The notes beneath the pieces were generated by a model. That model made no database searches. It was not told the origin of the DNA and saw nothing but the letters and a program-made list of their open reading frames with translations. 64,000 nt of DNA from Christensenella sp. GTDB lineage: Bacteria > Bacillota > Clostridia > Christensenellales > UBA3700. Shown here in pieces: positions 52,045 to 59,844 of the stretch; positions within the stretch are counted from its first letter, which is position 1; every line of letters begins with the position of its first letter. The stretch lies in the NCBI GenBank assembly GCA_022784465.1, contig JALFUR010000014.1, positions 64,645 through 128,644 of the forward strand, written 5' to 3'. Both the position numbers and the translations under genes were made by a program.

Positions 52045-52839
52045 TTACGTTTTCTCATCTTGTTTTTGTAAGTTTAACCCTTCGTAAAAACCGTTTCGAT
52101 TTCCGAAATAATCGGTAATCATAAATAACGACGTGTTAATTACATATAAAACTTTATCTTTTGTTGCCAATTTTCTTTCTTCGGATAATATATTCGCAGA
52201 ATCCGAATAGCTTGAATACTCTTTATAATTCGGCTTATTCCACTTTTGTCCGCAAATCAAATTCAACTTATATAAATTTTGGAGAATCAATAAAGAAAAT
52301 TCTTCCTTGGTATATTTATCGATATGCTTGCTGCACAATTTTTTCTTTGCTACATGCTTTTTGTAAGACGATAACTTTGAAATCGAAACTGTTGCCGAAG
52401 CATACTCGTCTTCGAAATAATCGTCGCAATCGCGATAAGATTCCATCATCGGATAATTGATATACAGTTTCCCTATCGACGGATCGGTTTCATCGACAAA
52501 ATAATTCGCCATTTCGGATAATTTATCCAAATTAGTAAAAACAATTTTCTCTTGTGTACGGGTTTCATTTTTTCTGGCATGGTGAGCGTCACAGTCAAAA
52601 ATCAAGTATGTATAGGCAAATTTTTTTGACAACATTTCCTTTTTGTTCGGATGAATTTCGGATAATACATCTTTTATATCTCCGTTGAAATCGATTTCTT
52701 TCATCTTTTTATAAAGCGAATAGATATTCGTTTCAAGGCAGTAGATGTCAAATTTTAATCCGAAAACATCCGACAATCTGTTGAAGAAATGTGGCTCGGT
52801 TTTAGAGCCTTCAACAATAATCAGAATATTGCTTTCCAT
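52045..52839 (-). CDS. RloB-like / Toprim-like putative nuclease partner
   Basis: The N-terminus is ILIIVEGSKTEPHFF (E10), followed by LIFDCDAHH (D82, D84) and YINYPMMESY. This matches the order of the RloB (PF13707-type) conserved blocks. Its ATG overlaps the stop of the ATPase (TAATG). Confidence 0.7.
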   Translation of the reverse strand: MESNILIIVEGSKTEPHFFNRLSDVFGLKFDIYCLETNIYSLYKKMKEIDFNGDIKDVLSEIHPNKKEMLSKKFAYTYLIFDCDAHHARKNETRTQEKIVFTNLDKLSEMANYFVDETDPSIGKLYINYPMMESYRDCDDYFEDEYASATVSISKLSSYKKHVAKKKLCSKHIDKYTKEEFSLLILQNLYKLNLICGQKWNKPNYKEYSSYSDSANILSEERKLATKDKVLYVINTSLFMITDYFGNRNGFYEGLNLQKQDEKT

Positions 52840-53945
52840 TATTCGTTAAACGCCCCGTTTATATACATTTTTTCAAGATTATGCGCTTCGCGGATCTCTT
52901 TATCCGTAGAATTAAATAAACTGCTTATTCTGTTTGTGGTCATAATGTAGCAACAGTCAGGTCGGGTCAGTTTATTTTGCATTAAATATGTGTTATGCGA
53001 GGTTAAAAGAGTCTGAAAGTTTTTGTTTTTATTTAATCGCAATACAATATTCTCTGCCGATTCGTAATGGAAAAACGCATCGAATTCATCTATAAACAAG
53101 AATGAAATTTTATCGAATGCCGTTATGCTCCAAATGAAATATAAGAACTGCGACATCGTGCCGGTAGACGCAATCGAAACAAACGACGTTTTCTTGCCGG
53201 TTGGAAATTTTGCCATAAGCTCATGAACGCCGTTATTATTACGCCATTCAAGATTATAATGTAAATCATTGTCGGCAAGAAATTTTTCAAATTCATCCTT
53301 TTTACCACTTTCATACAAACGCTCTACAAGTGCGGCTCCGCCGTTTGAAAAGCCGCAGTACGCGTTACCGTCGCTTAGTCCGCGATACCATAACATATTT
53401 TCGACAAATATCATCATTTTATAAAGCAGAGATTCCTGATTTGTGGGAGTATTTCTATAAATATATTTCAAAACCGAAAGTCTGTTATCCAAAAGTTCGA
53501 TTTTAAGATTACCCACTAAATCATTGTCTATAAAATTGTTCTTCTTATCAAAATAGTTATAGTAAAGGACTTCCTTATTATTGATTGTCAATTTTTCGTC
53601 AATCAAATAAAAAGAATCTCTTTTTTTATATTCGTAAACAACTTCATCATCGTCAAATACAAAACAATACTTAAATTCCGCATATTCTTTATCCGAATCG
53701 AGGTTCAAATAATTGCTAAGATACTGTAACGGCATTCTCTCCTTATCGGTAAGATGTAATACAATATCAAACAAAGCAATACCAAGATTGCTTTTACCGA
53801 TGCCGTTTTTACCGTAAATAATACCTTTATTGACAATAGAGTTTACAACAAGATTTTTATTGAACTCATATTCTCTTGCAGTCAAATCAAATACAAGGCG
53901 ATTTTTAAAGCCCTTAAAGTTTTCAACCTCAAATCTTTTTAACAT
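52839..53945 (-). CDS. ABC-type AAA_21/AAA_15-family ATPase (OLD/AbiLi/AriA-like)
   Basis: It has the canonical N-terminus MLKRFEVENFKGF, Walker A GKNGIGKS, a signature-like SIASTGT, Walker B FLFIDEFD and an H-loop TSHN. The track ORF begins 11 codons earlier (53978), but that ATG sits 2 nt from a consensus -10 box. Confidence 0.78.
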   Translation of the reverse strand: MLKRFEVENFKGFKNRLVFDLTAREYEFNKNLVVNSIVNKGIIYGKNGIGKSNLGIALFDIVLHLTDKERMPLQYLSNYLNLDSDKEYAEFKYCFVFDDDEVVYEYKKRDSFYLIDEKLTINNKEVLYYNYFDKKNNFIDNDLVGNLKIELLDNRLSVLKYIYRNTPTNQESLLYKMMIFVENMLWYRGLSDGNAYCGFSNGGAALVERLYESGKKDEFEKFLADNDLHYNLEWRNNNGVHELMAKFPTGKKTSFVSIASTGTMSQFLYFIWSITAFDKISFLFIDEFDAFFHYESAENIVLRLNKNKNFQTLLTSHNTYLMQNKLTRPDCCYIMTTNRISSLFNSTDKEIREAHNLEKMYINGAFNE

Positions 53946-53980
53946 ATCAATACCAAACCTAAACAATTTATTTTTCATTG

Positions 53981-54009
53981 ATTATACCACCCAAAATATT
54001 ATCTGTCAA
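53981..54009 (-). promoter_or_regulatory. Consensus sigma-70 promoter of the islet operon
   Basis: The minus strand reads TTGACA (54009-54004) - 17 nt - TATAAT (53986-53981). Confidence 0.6.
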
Positions 54010-54015
54010 ATATTG

Positions 54016-54050
54016 CCGTAGAAAAATTACGGTTTCGTAAAATATTTACG
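54016..54050. promoter_or_regulatory. Two adjacent CGTA-N7-TACG palindromes (operator or leader hairpins)
   Basis: The palindromes are ccgtagaaaaattacgg (54016-54032) and cgtaaaatatttacg (54036-54050). Their centres are 19 nt apart. Confidence 0.45.
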
Positions 54051-54055
54051 ACAAT

Positions 54056-54085
54056 ATTATACTAATAAAAAAAATTATTTGTAAA
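54056..54085 (-). promoter_or_regulatory. Second, upstream candidate promoter
   Basis: The minus strand reads TTTACA (54085-54080) - 18 nt - TATAAT (54061-54056). Confidence 0.4.
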
Positions 54086-54105
54086 AGTAAATTCCAGTTG
54101 TCGTA

Positions 54106-54681
54106 TTAAACAAAATATTTTTCCAGCAGCTTATCTATTTCTTTAACTGACGCTACTTTATATTCATTAAAATTATTCTTATTATCTATTAATTTTTCAA
54201 TATTATTCTTTACAATTTTTTCCTCTTTTGATGTGCATTTTATTTGAGTAAATGGAATTGTATCTACTTGCATTGTCCGCTCTAGTTCTATGTATTCATC
54301 CGCTTCTAAACACAAACTGTTTTTAGAATACACACCAACAATAACTTTTTTCCCAGCATTTTTTATTGCCTTGATTAAATAGATGGCATCTAGTTCTGAA
54401 CAAATCAAAAAAAATCCATCAATTAAACTATTTGACGATAAAGATAAACAAACATCAATAACTTGCCTTATATCAATCTTTACTTTCTTTCGATTTTGCA
54501 AAGTCAAAGCAATATCTGAAGAATTTTCTTTTATATAGGAATTAAAAGCACTGTGCCTTTTTTGATTAAAACCATAAAACTTAGAATAGACAATCTCTCC
54601 GTCTATTTTTTGTAATGCCAAATTGAAACTTTCAAAAGAAATATTTATCGAATTTAAATCTACATATAACGCATATCTCAT
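54106..54681 (-). CDS. NYN (LabA/DUF88-like, PIN-related) domain protein
   Basis: It has YALYVDLNSINI and then GFFLICSELDAIYLIKAIKNAGKKVIVGV. This mirrors the NYN pattern (iDg.N ... lvSgDsDf.pl...l...Gk.V). The ATG at 54681 follows a GGGGGA SD, and the track start at 54693 is TTG. Confidence 0.6.
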   Translation of the reverse strand: MRYALYVDLNSINISFESFNLALQKIDGEIVYSKFYGFNQKRHSAFNSYIKENSSDIALTLQNRKKVKIDIRQVIDVCLSLSSNSLIDGFFLICSELDAIYLIKAIKNAGKKVIVGVYSKNSLCLEADEYIELERTMQVDTIPFTQIKCTSKEEKIVKNNIEKLIDNKNNFNEYKVASVKEIDKLLEKYFV

Positions 54682-54718
54682 ATAATCCCCCAAACGATTA
54701 TTTATTAATATATATGCG

Positions 54719-55534
54719 TTACTTTACTCCTCTTTTATTAAAAAATAGATATTGTTGGGCAATCCCTGCATATTTACCAAAATCTTTAAGAAAATCTTTT
54801 CTCATTCCTTCTACTGAATTTTCTTTTTTATATAAATCTACATAGACTTTCTTAATCCAGGTATCCACAGGAAAAACATCATATTTGTTATATCCAAATA
54901 GCAATATGCAATCTGCAACCTTTGGTCCAACACCACTTAAAGTCATCAGTTCTTGTCTTGCTTTTTCTGTATCCATTTCAACGAGTTTTAAAGCATCAAA
55001 ATCCGTATATAATCTTTTTGCCGTATCTAATAGGTAACTTGCTCTATATCCAAGCCCTATTGACTTATAAAACTCTTCTTGTTGACTCGCAAGTACATCA
55101 ATAGATGGGAACGCATATTTATCTGAGTCTATCTTCTCACCTAAAGCTGTACACAATTTGTCGATTATTCCTTTAATACGAGGAATATTATTATTTGCAG
55201 AAATAATAAATGAGAAAATCATTTCAATTGGATTTTGCTTCAAAATTCTAAGTCTACATTCACTGCTTGGTAATAATTTGTTAATTTTCGGATTAGATTT
55301 TAATTGATTAAGAATTTCGTCATAATTTTCATCTAAAGCAAAATATTTATAAAAATAATCTACATCATTTGTAGAAATAATAAATGAATCACCTTGCTTT
55401 TCTATAAGTGCATATTTATTTAGTGAATAAACCTCATATAAATCATTGTTTAATTTTTTAAATCTAAATGTTTGCCCGCATTCTAGCGAGGCAAACACAT
55501 CTAAATCCTTTATATTAACAACGAATTTTTCCAT
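54719..55534 (-). CDS. ogg: 8-oxoguanine DNA glycosylase / HhH-GPD family glycosylase
   Basis: It has the HhH-GPD motif LSGVGPKVADCILLFG...FPVDTW. The start is ambiguous between ATG 55534 (MEKFVV) and TTG 55573, and neither has an SD. Confidence 0.82.
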   Translation of the reverse strand: MEKFVVNIKDLDVFASLECGQTFRFKKLNNDLYEVYSLNKYALIEKQGDSFIISTNDVDYFYKYFALDENYDEILNQLKSNPKINKLLPSSECRLRILKQNPIEMIFSFIISANNNIPRIKGIIDKLCTALGEKIDSDKYAFPSIDVLASQQEEFYKSIGLGYRASYLLDTAKRLYTDFDALKLVEMDTEKARQELMTLSGVGPKVADCILLFGYNKYDVFPVDTWIKKVYVDLYKKENSVEGMRKDFLKDFGKYAGIAQQYLFFNKRGVK

Positions 55535-55587
55535 ACTATAATTATACAAAAATCGTTGAACAAAACAAGTCAATAACTTTACAATTT

Positions 55588-57327
55588 TTAAATAGTATAC
55601 ATACCTTTATATTCGTTGTATTTTTCCTTAAACTGCTCACTTTGATATTTATATTTGTTTATATTTTTATGAGTATTCATATTAGATTTTTTACCATCAA
55701 TAATACAACCTGCTATGTTTGCACAATGATCAGATATTCTTTCTAAGTTTGTCAATATATCTGACCAAACAAAGCCTAAATCAATGCTGCATTCTTCTTT
55801 TTGTAGTCTAATAATATGTCTATCTCTTAAGGCAAGTTTTAACTCGTCTACAACTTGCTCTAAAGGCTCTACTTCCATTGCTTCAGAATCATCATTTTTA
55901 ACAAGAGCATCAAAGGTTATATTCCAAACATTTCTAACAGCTTTTGATAAAACTGTTAATTCCTCTATTGCTTTTGGAGAGAATGCCATGCTTTTTGAAA
56001 TTAGTTCTTCATTAGATTCTGCTAGATTTAATCCGTGATCTGCAATACGCTCTAAATCACCGATTATTTTCATGTATTCTCCAGCCATCATGCTTTCGTA
56101 TTCTTCAAGTTCTTTAGAACTTAACTTAACTAGATATGTTCCAATAACATCCTCAAGTTTGTCCGTTTCGTCTTCATATTGTTTTGTCTTTTCTATGCAC
56201 GAAGTTCTACTGATAAGTCCATCTAACGATTCACATAGTGAATCTCCAGCTTTTTTTGCCATTTCAACAATCTTTAACTTAGTTTGTTCAAGTGCAATTG
56301 CTGGTGTTATTAATAATCTATCATCCAATGTTTGAACCTTTTCTTTTCCCTTTCCTTCCGGAAGAAGAATATTTACAAGTTTTTCAAGCAATTTACCCAT
56401 TGGGAAAATAATTATTGTGCTAAATATGTTAAATGCTGTGTGAACTATAGCTATACCGACAAGTGAAGCAGACTCATCTAATAAAGGTAATTTAACGGCA
56501 TATTTTATAATTATAAATATAACCATAAAGATTATTGTTCCAAATATATTGAAAAATAAGTGAACCAAGGATGCTCTTTTTGCATTTTTATTAGCGCCAA
56601 TTGCAGATAGTAATGCCGTAATACAAGTTCCGATATTTTGACCTAATATAATTGGAATGGCTGCACTATATGATATTTGTCCTGTTATTGCAAAAGCTTG
56701 AAGTATTCCAATTGATGCTGATGATGATTGAATAACTGCAGTAACTAAAGCTCCAACCAAAACCCCTAAAATAGGGTTTTCAAATGCGATAAATAAATGT
56801 TTAAATGTCTCATTATTTTTTAATCCAGAAACAGCTCCAGACATTGTTTCCATTCCAAACATTAAAGTAGCAAAGCCTAGCAATATCATGCCAGTATCTT
56901 TTTTCTTGTCTTTCTTTGAAAACATTACTAAGACAATTCCAACTAAAGCTAAAATTGGAGAAAATGAGGAAGGCTTTAATAACTTAACAAAAATATTTGA
57001 ACCGCTAATTCCTGTTAAACTCAATAGCCAGCTTGTAACTGTAGTACCAATATTCGCACCCATAATTACATTGATTGCTTGGGCTAAGTTCATAATGCCT
57101 GAATTGACAAAACCAACAACCATTACTGTCGTAGCAGATGAAGATTGTATTATTGCCGTAACACCTAAACCTGTCAATAATCCAACAAACTTATTGCTTG
57201 TTAGTTTTCCAATTATGTCTTTTAATTTGTCGCCTGCTCTTTTCTCAAGAAATTTGCCCATTACGTTCATTCCAAATAAAAATAATGCAAGTCCACCAAT
57301 AAATGTTAGTAAATTAAATATATCCAT
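55588..57327 (-). CDS. Na+/phosphate cotransporter family protein with a C-terminal PhoU-like domain
   Basis: It has duplicated NptA-type repeats (QSSSATT / QSSSASI) and a PhoU-like helical C-terminus (ERI.DH twice). Confidence 0.88.
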   Translation of the reverse strand: MDIFNLLTFIGGLALFLFGMNVMGKFLEKRAGDKLKDIIGKLTSNKFVGLLTGLGVTAIIQSSSATTVMVVGFVNSGIMNLAQAINVIMGANIGTTVTSWLLSLTGISGSNIFVKLLKPSSFSPILALVGIVLVMFSKKDKKKDTGMILLGFATLMFGMETMSGAVSGLKNNETFKHLFIAFENPILGVLVGALVTAVIQSSSASIGILQAFAITGQISYSAAIPIILGQNIGTCITALLSAIGANKNAKRASLVHLFFNIFGTIIFMVIFIIIKYAVKLPLLDESASLVGIAIVHTAFNIFSTIIIFPMGKLLEKLVNILLPEGKGKEKVQTLDDRLLITPAIALEQTKLKIVEMAKKAGDSLCESLDGLISRTSCIEKTKQYEDETDKLEDVIGTYLVKLSSKELEEYESMMAGEYMKIIGDLERIADHGLNLAESNEELISKSMAFSPKAIEELTVLSKAVRNVWNITFDALVKNDDSEAMEVEPLEQVVDELKLALRDRHIIRLQKEECSIDLGFVWSDILTNLERISDHCANIAGCIIDGKKSNMNTHKNINKYKYQSEQFKEKYNEYKGMYTI

Positions 57328-57369
57328 AAAAAAACCTCATAAGTTCTTATGAATATAATAATTATTATA

Positions 57370-57408
57370 TGTAAAATCTATATGCTAGGTTTGTAAGGGA
57401 ATTGTAAA
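57370..57408 (-). promoter_or_regulatory. Candidate Pho box (phased TT[ACT]ACA hexamers)
   Basis: The minus strand reads TTTACA attcc CTTACA aacct agcata tagat TTTACA, with 11-bp phasing. It lies in the 83-nt gap between phoR and the Na/Pi gene. Confidence 0.45.
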
Positions 57409-57410
57409 GT

Positions 57411-58739
57411 TTAGAAATTGATGATAAATCTTGAACCCTCATTTAATGTGCTTTCCACATTAATTGTAGCTTTATGTATTAACAAACCATGTTTAACAAT
57501 AGATAGTCCAAGTCCAGTTCCACCCATCTCTCTTGAACGGCTCTTGTCTACCCTATAGAATCTTTCAAAAATTCTCTCTATATCTTCTTTTGCTATACCT
57601 ATACCTGTATCGCTAATAATAACTTGTGGATGCAAATTAGCAGTATTATTTATTTCAACCAAAACACTTCCATTTTTTTTGTTGTATTTAATTGCATTGT
57701 CGCAAATGTTATAAATTATTCCATACAAGATGTTTGGTATTCCCATTAAAAAGCAGGAACTTCCTCTAAGTTTTAATGAAATATTTTTCTCATCCGCAAC
57801 AGATTGCAAACTGTCTAATACATTTTGACAAAGAATATATATATCTATTCTTTCCTTTTTAACTTCAACAACTCCTGTATCTAATTTAGATAATTCAATA
57901 ATATCCTCAACTAAATTTGACATTCTTCTAGATTCGTTATAAATAGTTTCTGCAAACTTCTTTATATCTTCACTTTGAACCATTCCATTTTTCATAAGTT
58001 CAGAATAGCCAGAAATAACATGCAGAGGAGTTTTTAATTCATGAGAAACATTTGCTGTAAACTCTTGTCTAAAATTGGCATTTTTCTCGATTTCTTCTTT
58101 ATCTTTTTTCAATTGTATTTGCTGATAATTTAACCTTTCTAATAGTGGTTCTAATTCCTTGTAACACTTAACTGATTTAGGATCAGATATATCCATATTA
58201 TTTAATGGCTCAACTATTTTTTTAGACAAACTAAAAGCAATGACAATAGATAGAATTATGGCAAGTAAAAACACAATGTATATTGGATAGAAAACTTTTA
58301 TTAGCATATACCAAATACTATTTTGAGTTGTAGACAATCTAATAATAGTACCATCATCCAATTTTTGAGCAACATAGATATATTGTTGCAACATAGTATT
58401 TGAATATCTTGAACTTTCTCCATATCCGCTTTCTATGGCTTGCTTTATCTCTTCTCTTTCTAAGTGATTTTCCATTGAAGAGGTATCTGCAGCTGAATCA
58501 TAAATAACGCTACCATCAGTTTTAATCCAAGTAATACGAAACTCCCCAAGCTCTAAATCATCAAAATAGTCAATTCCTTCTAATTCTACGCCTCTTGAAA
58601 CCAATTGCATTTCATTTTTTAATTGATTGATTTGACTATCTTTTGAATAATAATAAAAAGTTATTGTCATTATGACAAGAACAGCCACAATTAATGAAAC
58701 TGTTAAAATACATATAGAGTTAAATATTTTCTTCTTCAA
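57411..58739 (-). CDS. phoR: Sensor histidine kinase (PhoR-like)
   Basis: It has two TM helices, an H-box FTANVSHELKTPL and the N/G boxes DTGIGI and GGTGLGLS. Its genomic context fits Pho. Confidence 0.75.
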   Translation of the reverse strand: MKKKIFNSICILTVSLIVAVLVIMTITFYYYSKDSQINQLKNEMQLVSRGVELEGIDYFDDLELGEFRITWIKTDGSVIYDSAADTSSMENHLEREEIKQAIESGYGESSRYSNTMLQQYIYVAQKLDDGTIIRLSTTQNSIWYMLIKVFYPIYIVFLLAIILSIVIAFSLSKKIVEPLNNMDISDPKSVKCYKELEPLLERLNYQQIQLKKDKEEIEKNANFRQEFTANVSHELKTPLHVISGYSELMKNGMVQSEDIKKFAETIYNESRRMSNLVEDIIELSKLDTGVVEVKKERIDIYILCQNVLDSLQSVADEKNISLKLRGSSCFLMGIPNILYGIIYNICDNAIKYNKKNGSVLVEINNTANLHPQVIISDTGIGIAKEDIERIFERFYRVDKSRSREMGGTGLGLSIVKHGLLIHKATINVESTLNEGSRFIINF

Positions 58740-59409
58740 CTATCTTTACCATCCTGTAGCCAACGCCACGTAAAGTCTCTATACATGAACCAATCTCTCC
58801 AAGTTTGGTTCTTAGTGTTCCTACATGTACATCAACGGTTCTTGATTCTCCTACATAATCCATACCCCAGATTTGATCTAAAAGTTGATCTCTAGTAAAG
58901 ACTATTTCTATGTTGTTTAAAAACAACTTTAATAAATCAAACTCTTTTAAAGTAAGAATAATCTTTTCCCCATTAACCTCAACTTGATGTCTATCTAAGT
59001 TCATTATAATAGGGCCATTTTTTAATTGAACTTTTTCCGTTTTATGACTTCTTCTCAAAACCGCTTTAATTCTTGAAATCATTTCCATCATTCCAAAAGG
59101 TTTTGTTAAATAATCATCAGCACCTAAATCAAGACCGATTACTTTATCATACTCAGTTCCTTTTGCCGTAGACATAATAACAGGAATGTTTTCATATTTT
59201 TCACTAGCTTTTAATTTCTTTAAAATTGCTATTCCATCTTCTCCTGGAAGCATAATATCTAATAATATCAAATCAGGCTGATTATCTTTAATTCTATCCC
59301 AAAATGGAGCGCTTTCTGAAAAGCCCTCAACTTCATAGCCAACAGAAGTCAAAGCATAAATAATCAAATTTCTTATTTCTTCTTCATCTTCTACGCAGTA
59401 AATTTTCAT
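58720..59409 (-). CDS. phoP: OmpR-family response regulator (PhoP/PhoB-like)
   Basis: It has a receiver domain (DLILLDIMLPGEDG) and a winged-helix output (LTLKEFDLL...VDVHVGTLRTKL). Confidence 0.78.
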   Translation of the reverse strand: MKIYCVEDEEEIRNLIIYALTSVGYEVEGFSESAPFWDRIKDNQPDLILLDIMLPGEDGIAILKKLKASEKYENIPVIMSTAKGTEYDKVIGLDLGADDYLTKPFGMMEMISRIKAVLRRSHKTEKVQLKNGPIIMNLDRHQVEVNGEKIILTLKEFDLLKLFLNNIEIVFTRDQLLDQIWGMDYVGESRTVDVHVGTLRTKLGEIGSCIETLRGVGYRMVKIVEEENI

Positions 59410-59444
59410 AACCCCTCCTGTTTGTAACTATTTTATAATATTTT

Positions 59445-59483
59445 TGTAAAAAATCGGTAATAAATATATCAAGTATTTGTAAA
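59445..59483 (-). promoter_or_regulatory. Candidate Pho box upstream of phoPR
   Basis: The minus strand reads TTTACA aatac TTGATA tattt ATTACC gattt TTTACA, which is four hexamers at exact 11-bp phasing. Confidence 0.4.
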
Positions 59484-59516
59484 ATAAAAAAAATATCTAC
59501 ATACATTGATGTAGAC
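59484..59516 (-). terminator. rpsU intrinsic terminator
   Basis: On the minus strand the hairpin tctacat/atgtaga is followed by tattttttttatttt. Confidence 0.75.
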
Positions 59517-59542
59517 ATTTTAATTTTTCCTTTAAAGTCTTA

Positions 59543-59722
59543 TTATGACTTATACATTCTCTTACGAGCTTCTTCAGATTTTTCCTTACGTTTTACGCTT
59601 GGTTTTTTGTACTCTTGGCGAGATTTGATTTCCTTAATAATTCCATCACGACCAGCTTTTCTTTTGAAACGCTTAATAGCGCTATCCAAACTTTCGTTTT
59701 CACCAACCTTGATTGTAGCCAT
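59543..59722 (-). CDS. rpsU: 30S ribosomal protein S21
   Basis: My own translation is MATIKVGENESLDSAIKRFKRKAGRDGIIKEIKSRQEYKKPSVKRKEKSEEARKRMYKS*. A strong SD (AAGGAGG) is present. At 59 aa it is absent from the track. Confidence 0.93.
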   Translation of the reverse strand: MATIKVGENESLDSAIKRFKRKAGRDGIIKEIKSRQEYKKPSVKRKEKSEEARKRMYKS

Positions 59723-59844
59723 CTCTTATTTCGCCTCCTTCCTCGTAAAAGGTAATATTTTTTTCGTTAATGCATTATTAATTTATATTAATTGCATTTT
59801 TTTGTCAACAAATTAAATCCATAATCTTGCAAACTCGTGCCTAA

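Larger units (their letters stand above)
51881..54105 (-). other. Compositionally foreign genomic islet (defence islet) with no integrase
   Basis: My hand counts give 40-48% GC with many CpG on sample 60-nt lines inside the islet. Flanking genes give about 27-33%. The islet has its own promoter and terminator. Confidence 0.7.

Noticed and set aside
52161-52460. A 99-aa (+) ORF antisense to the RloB-like gene and a 63-aa alternative-frame ORF (53123-53314, -) inside the ATPase gene. I considered both as a possible hidden third component or antitoxin of the islet.
   Set aside because: The (+) ORF starts on TTG with no SD and is fully embedded antisense in coding sequence. The (-) ORF is an out-of-frame overlap with no SD. 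Nothing supports expression of either.
59607-59816. A 69-aa (+) ORF in the phoP-hit intergenic region.
   Set aside because: It is the antisense shadow of the rpsU gene, whose product is clearly ribosomal protein S21.
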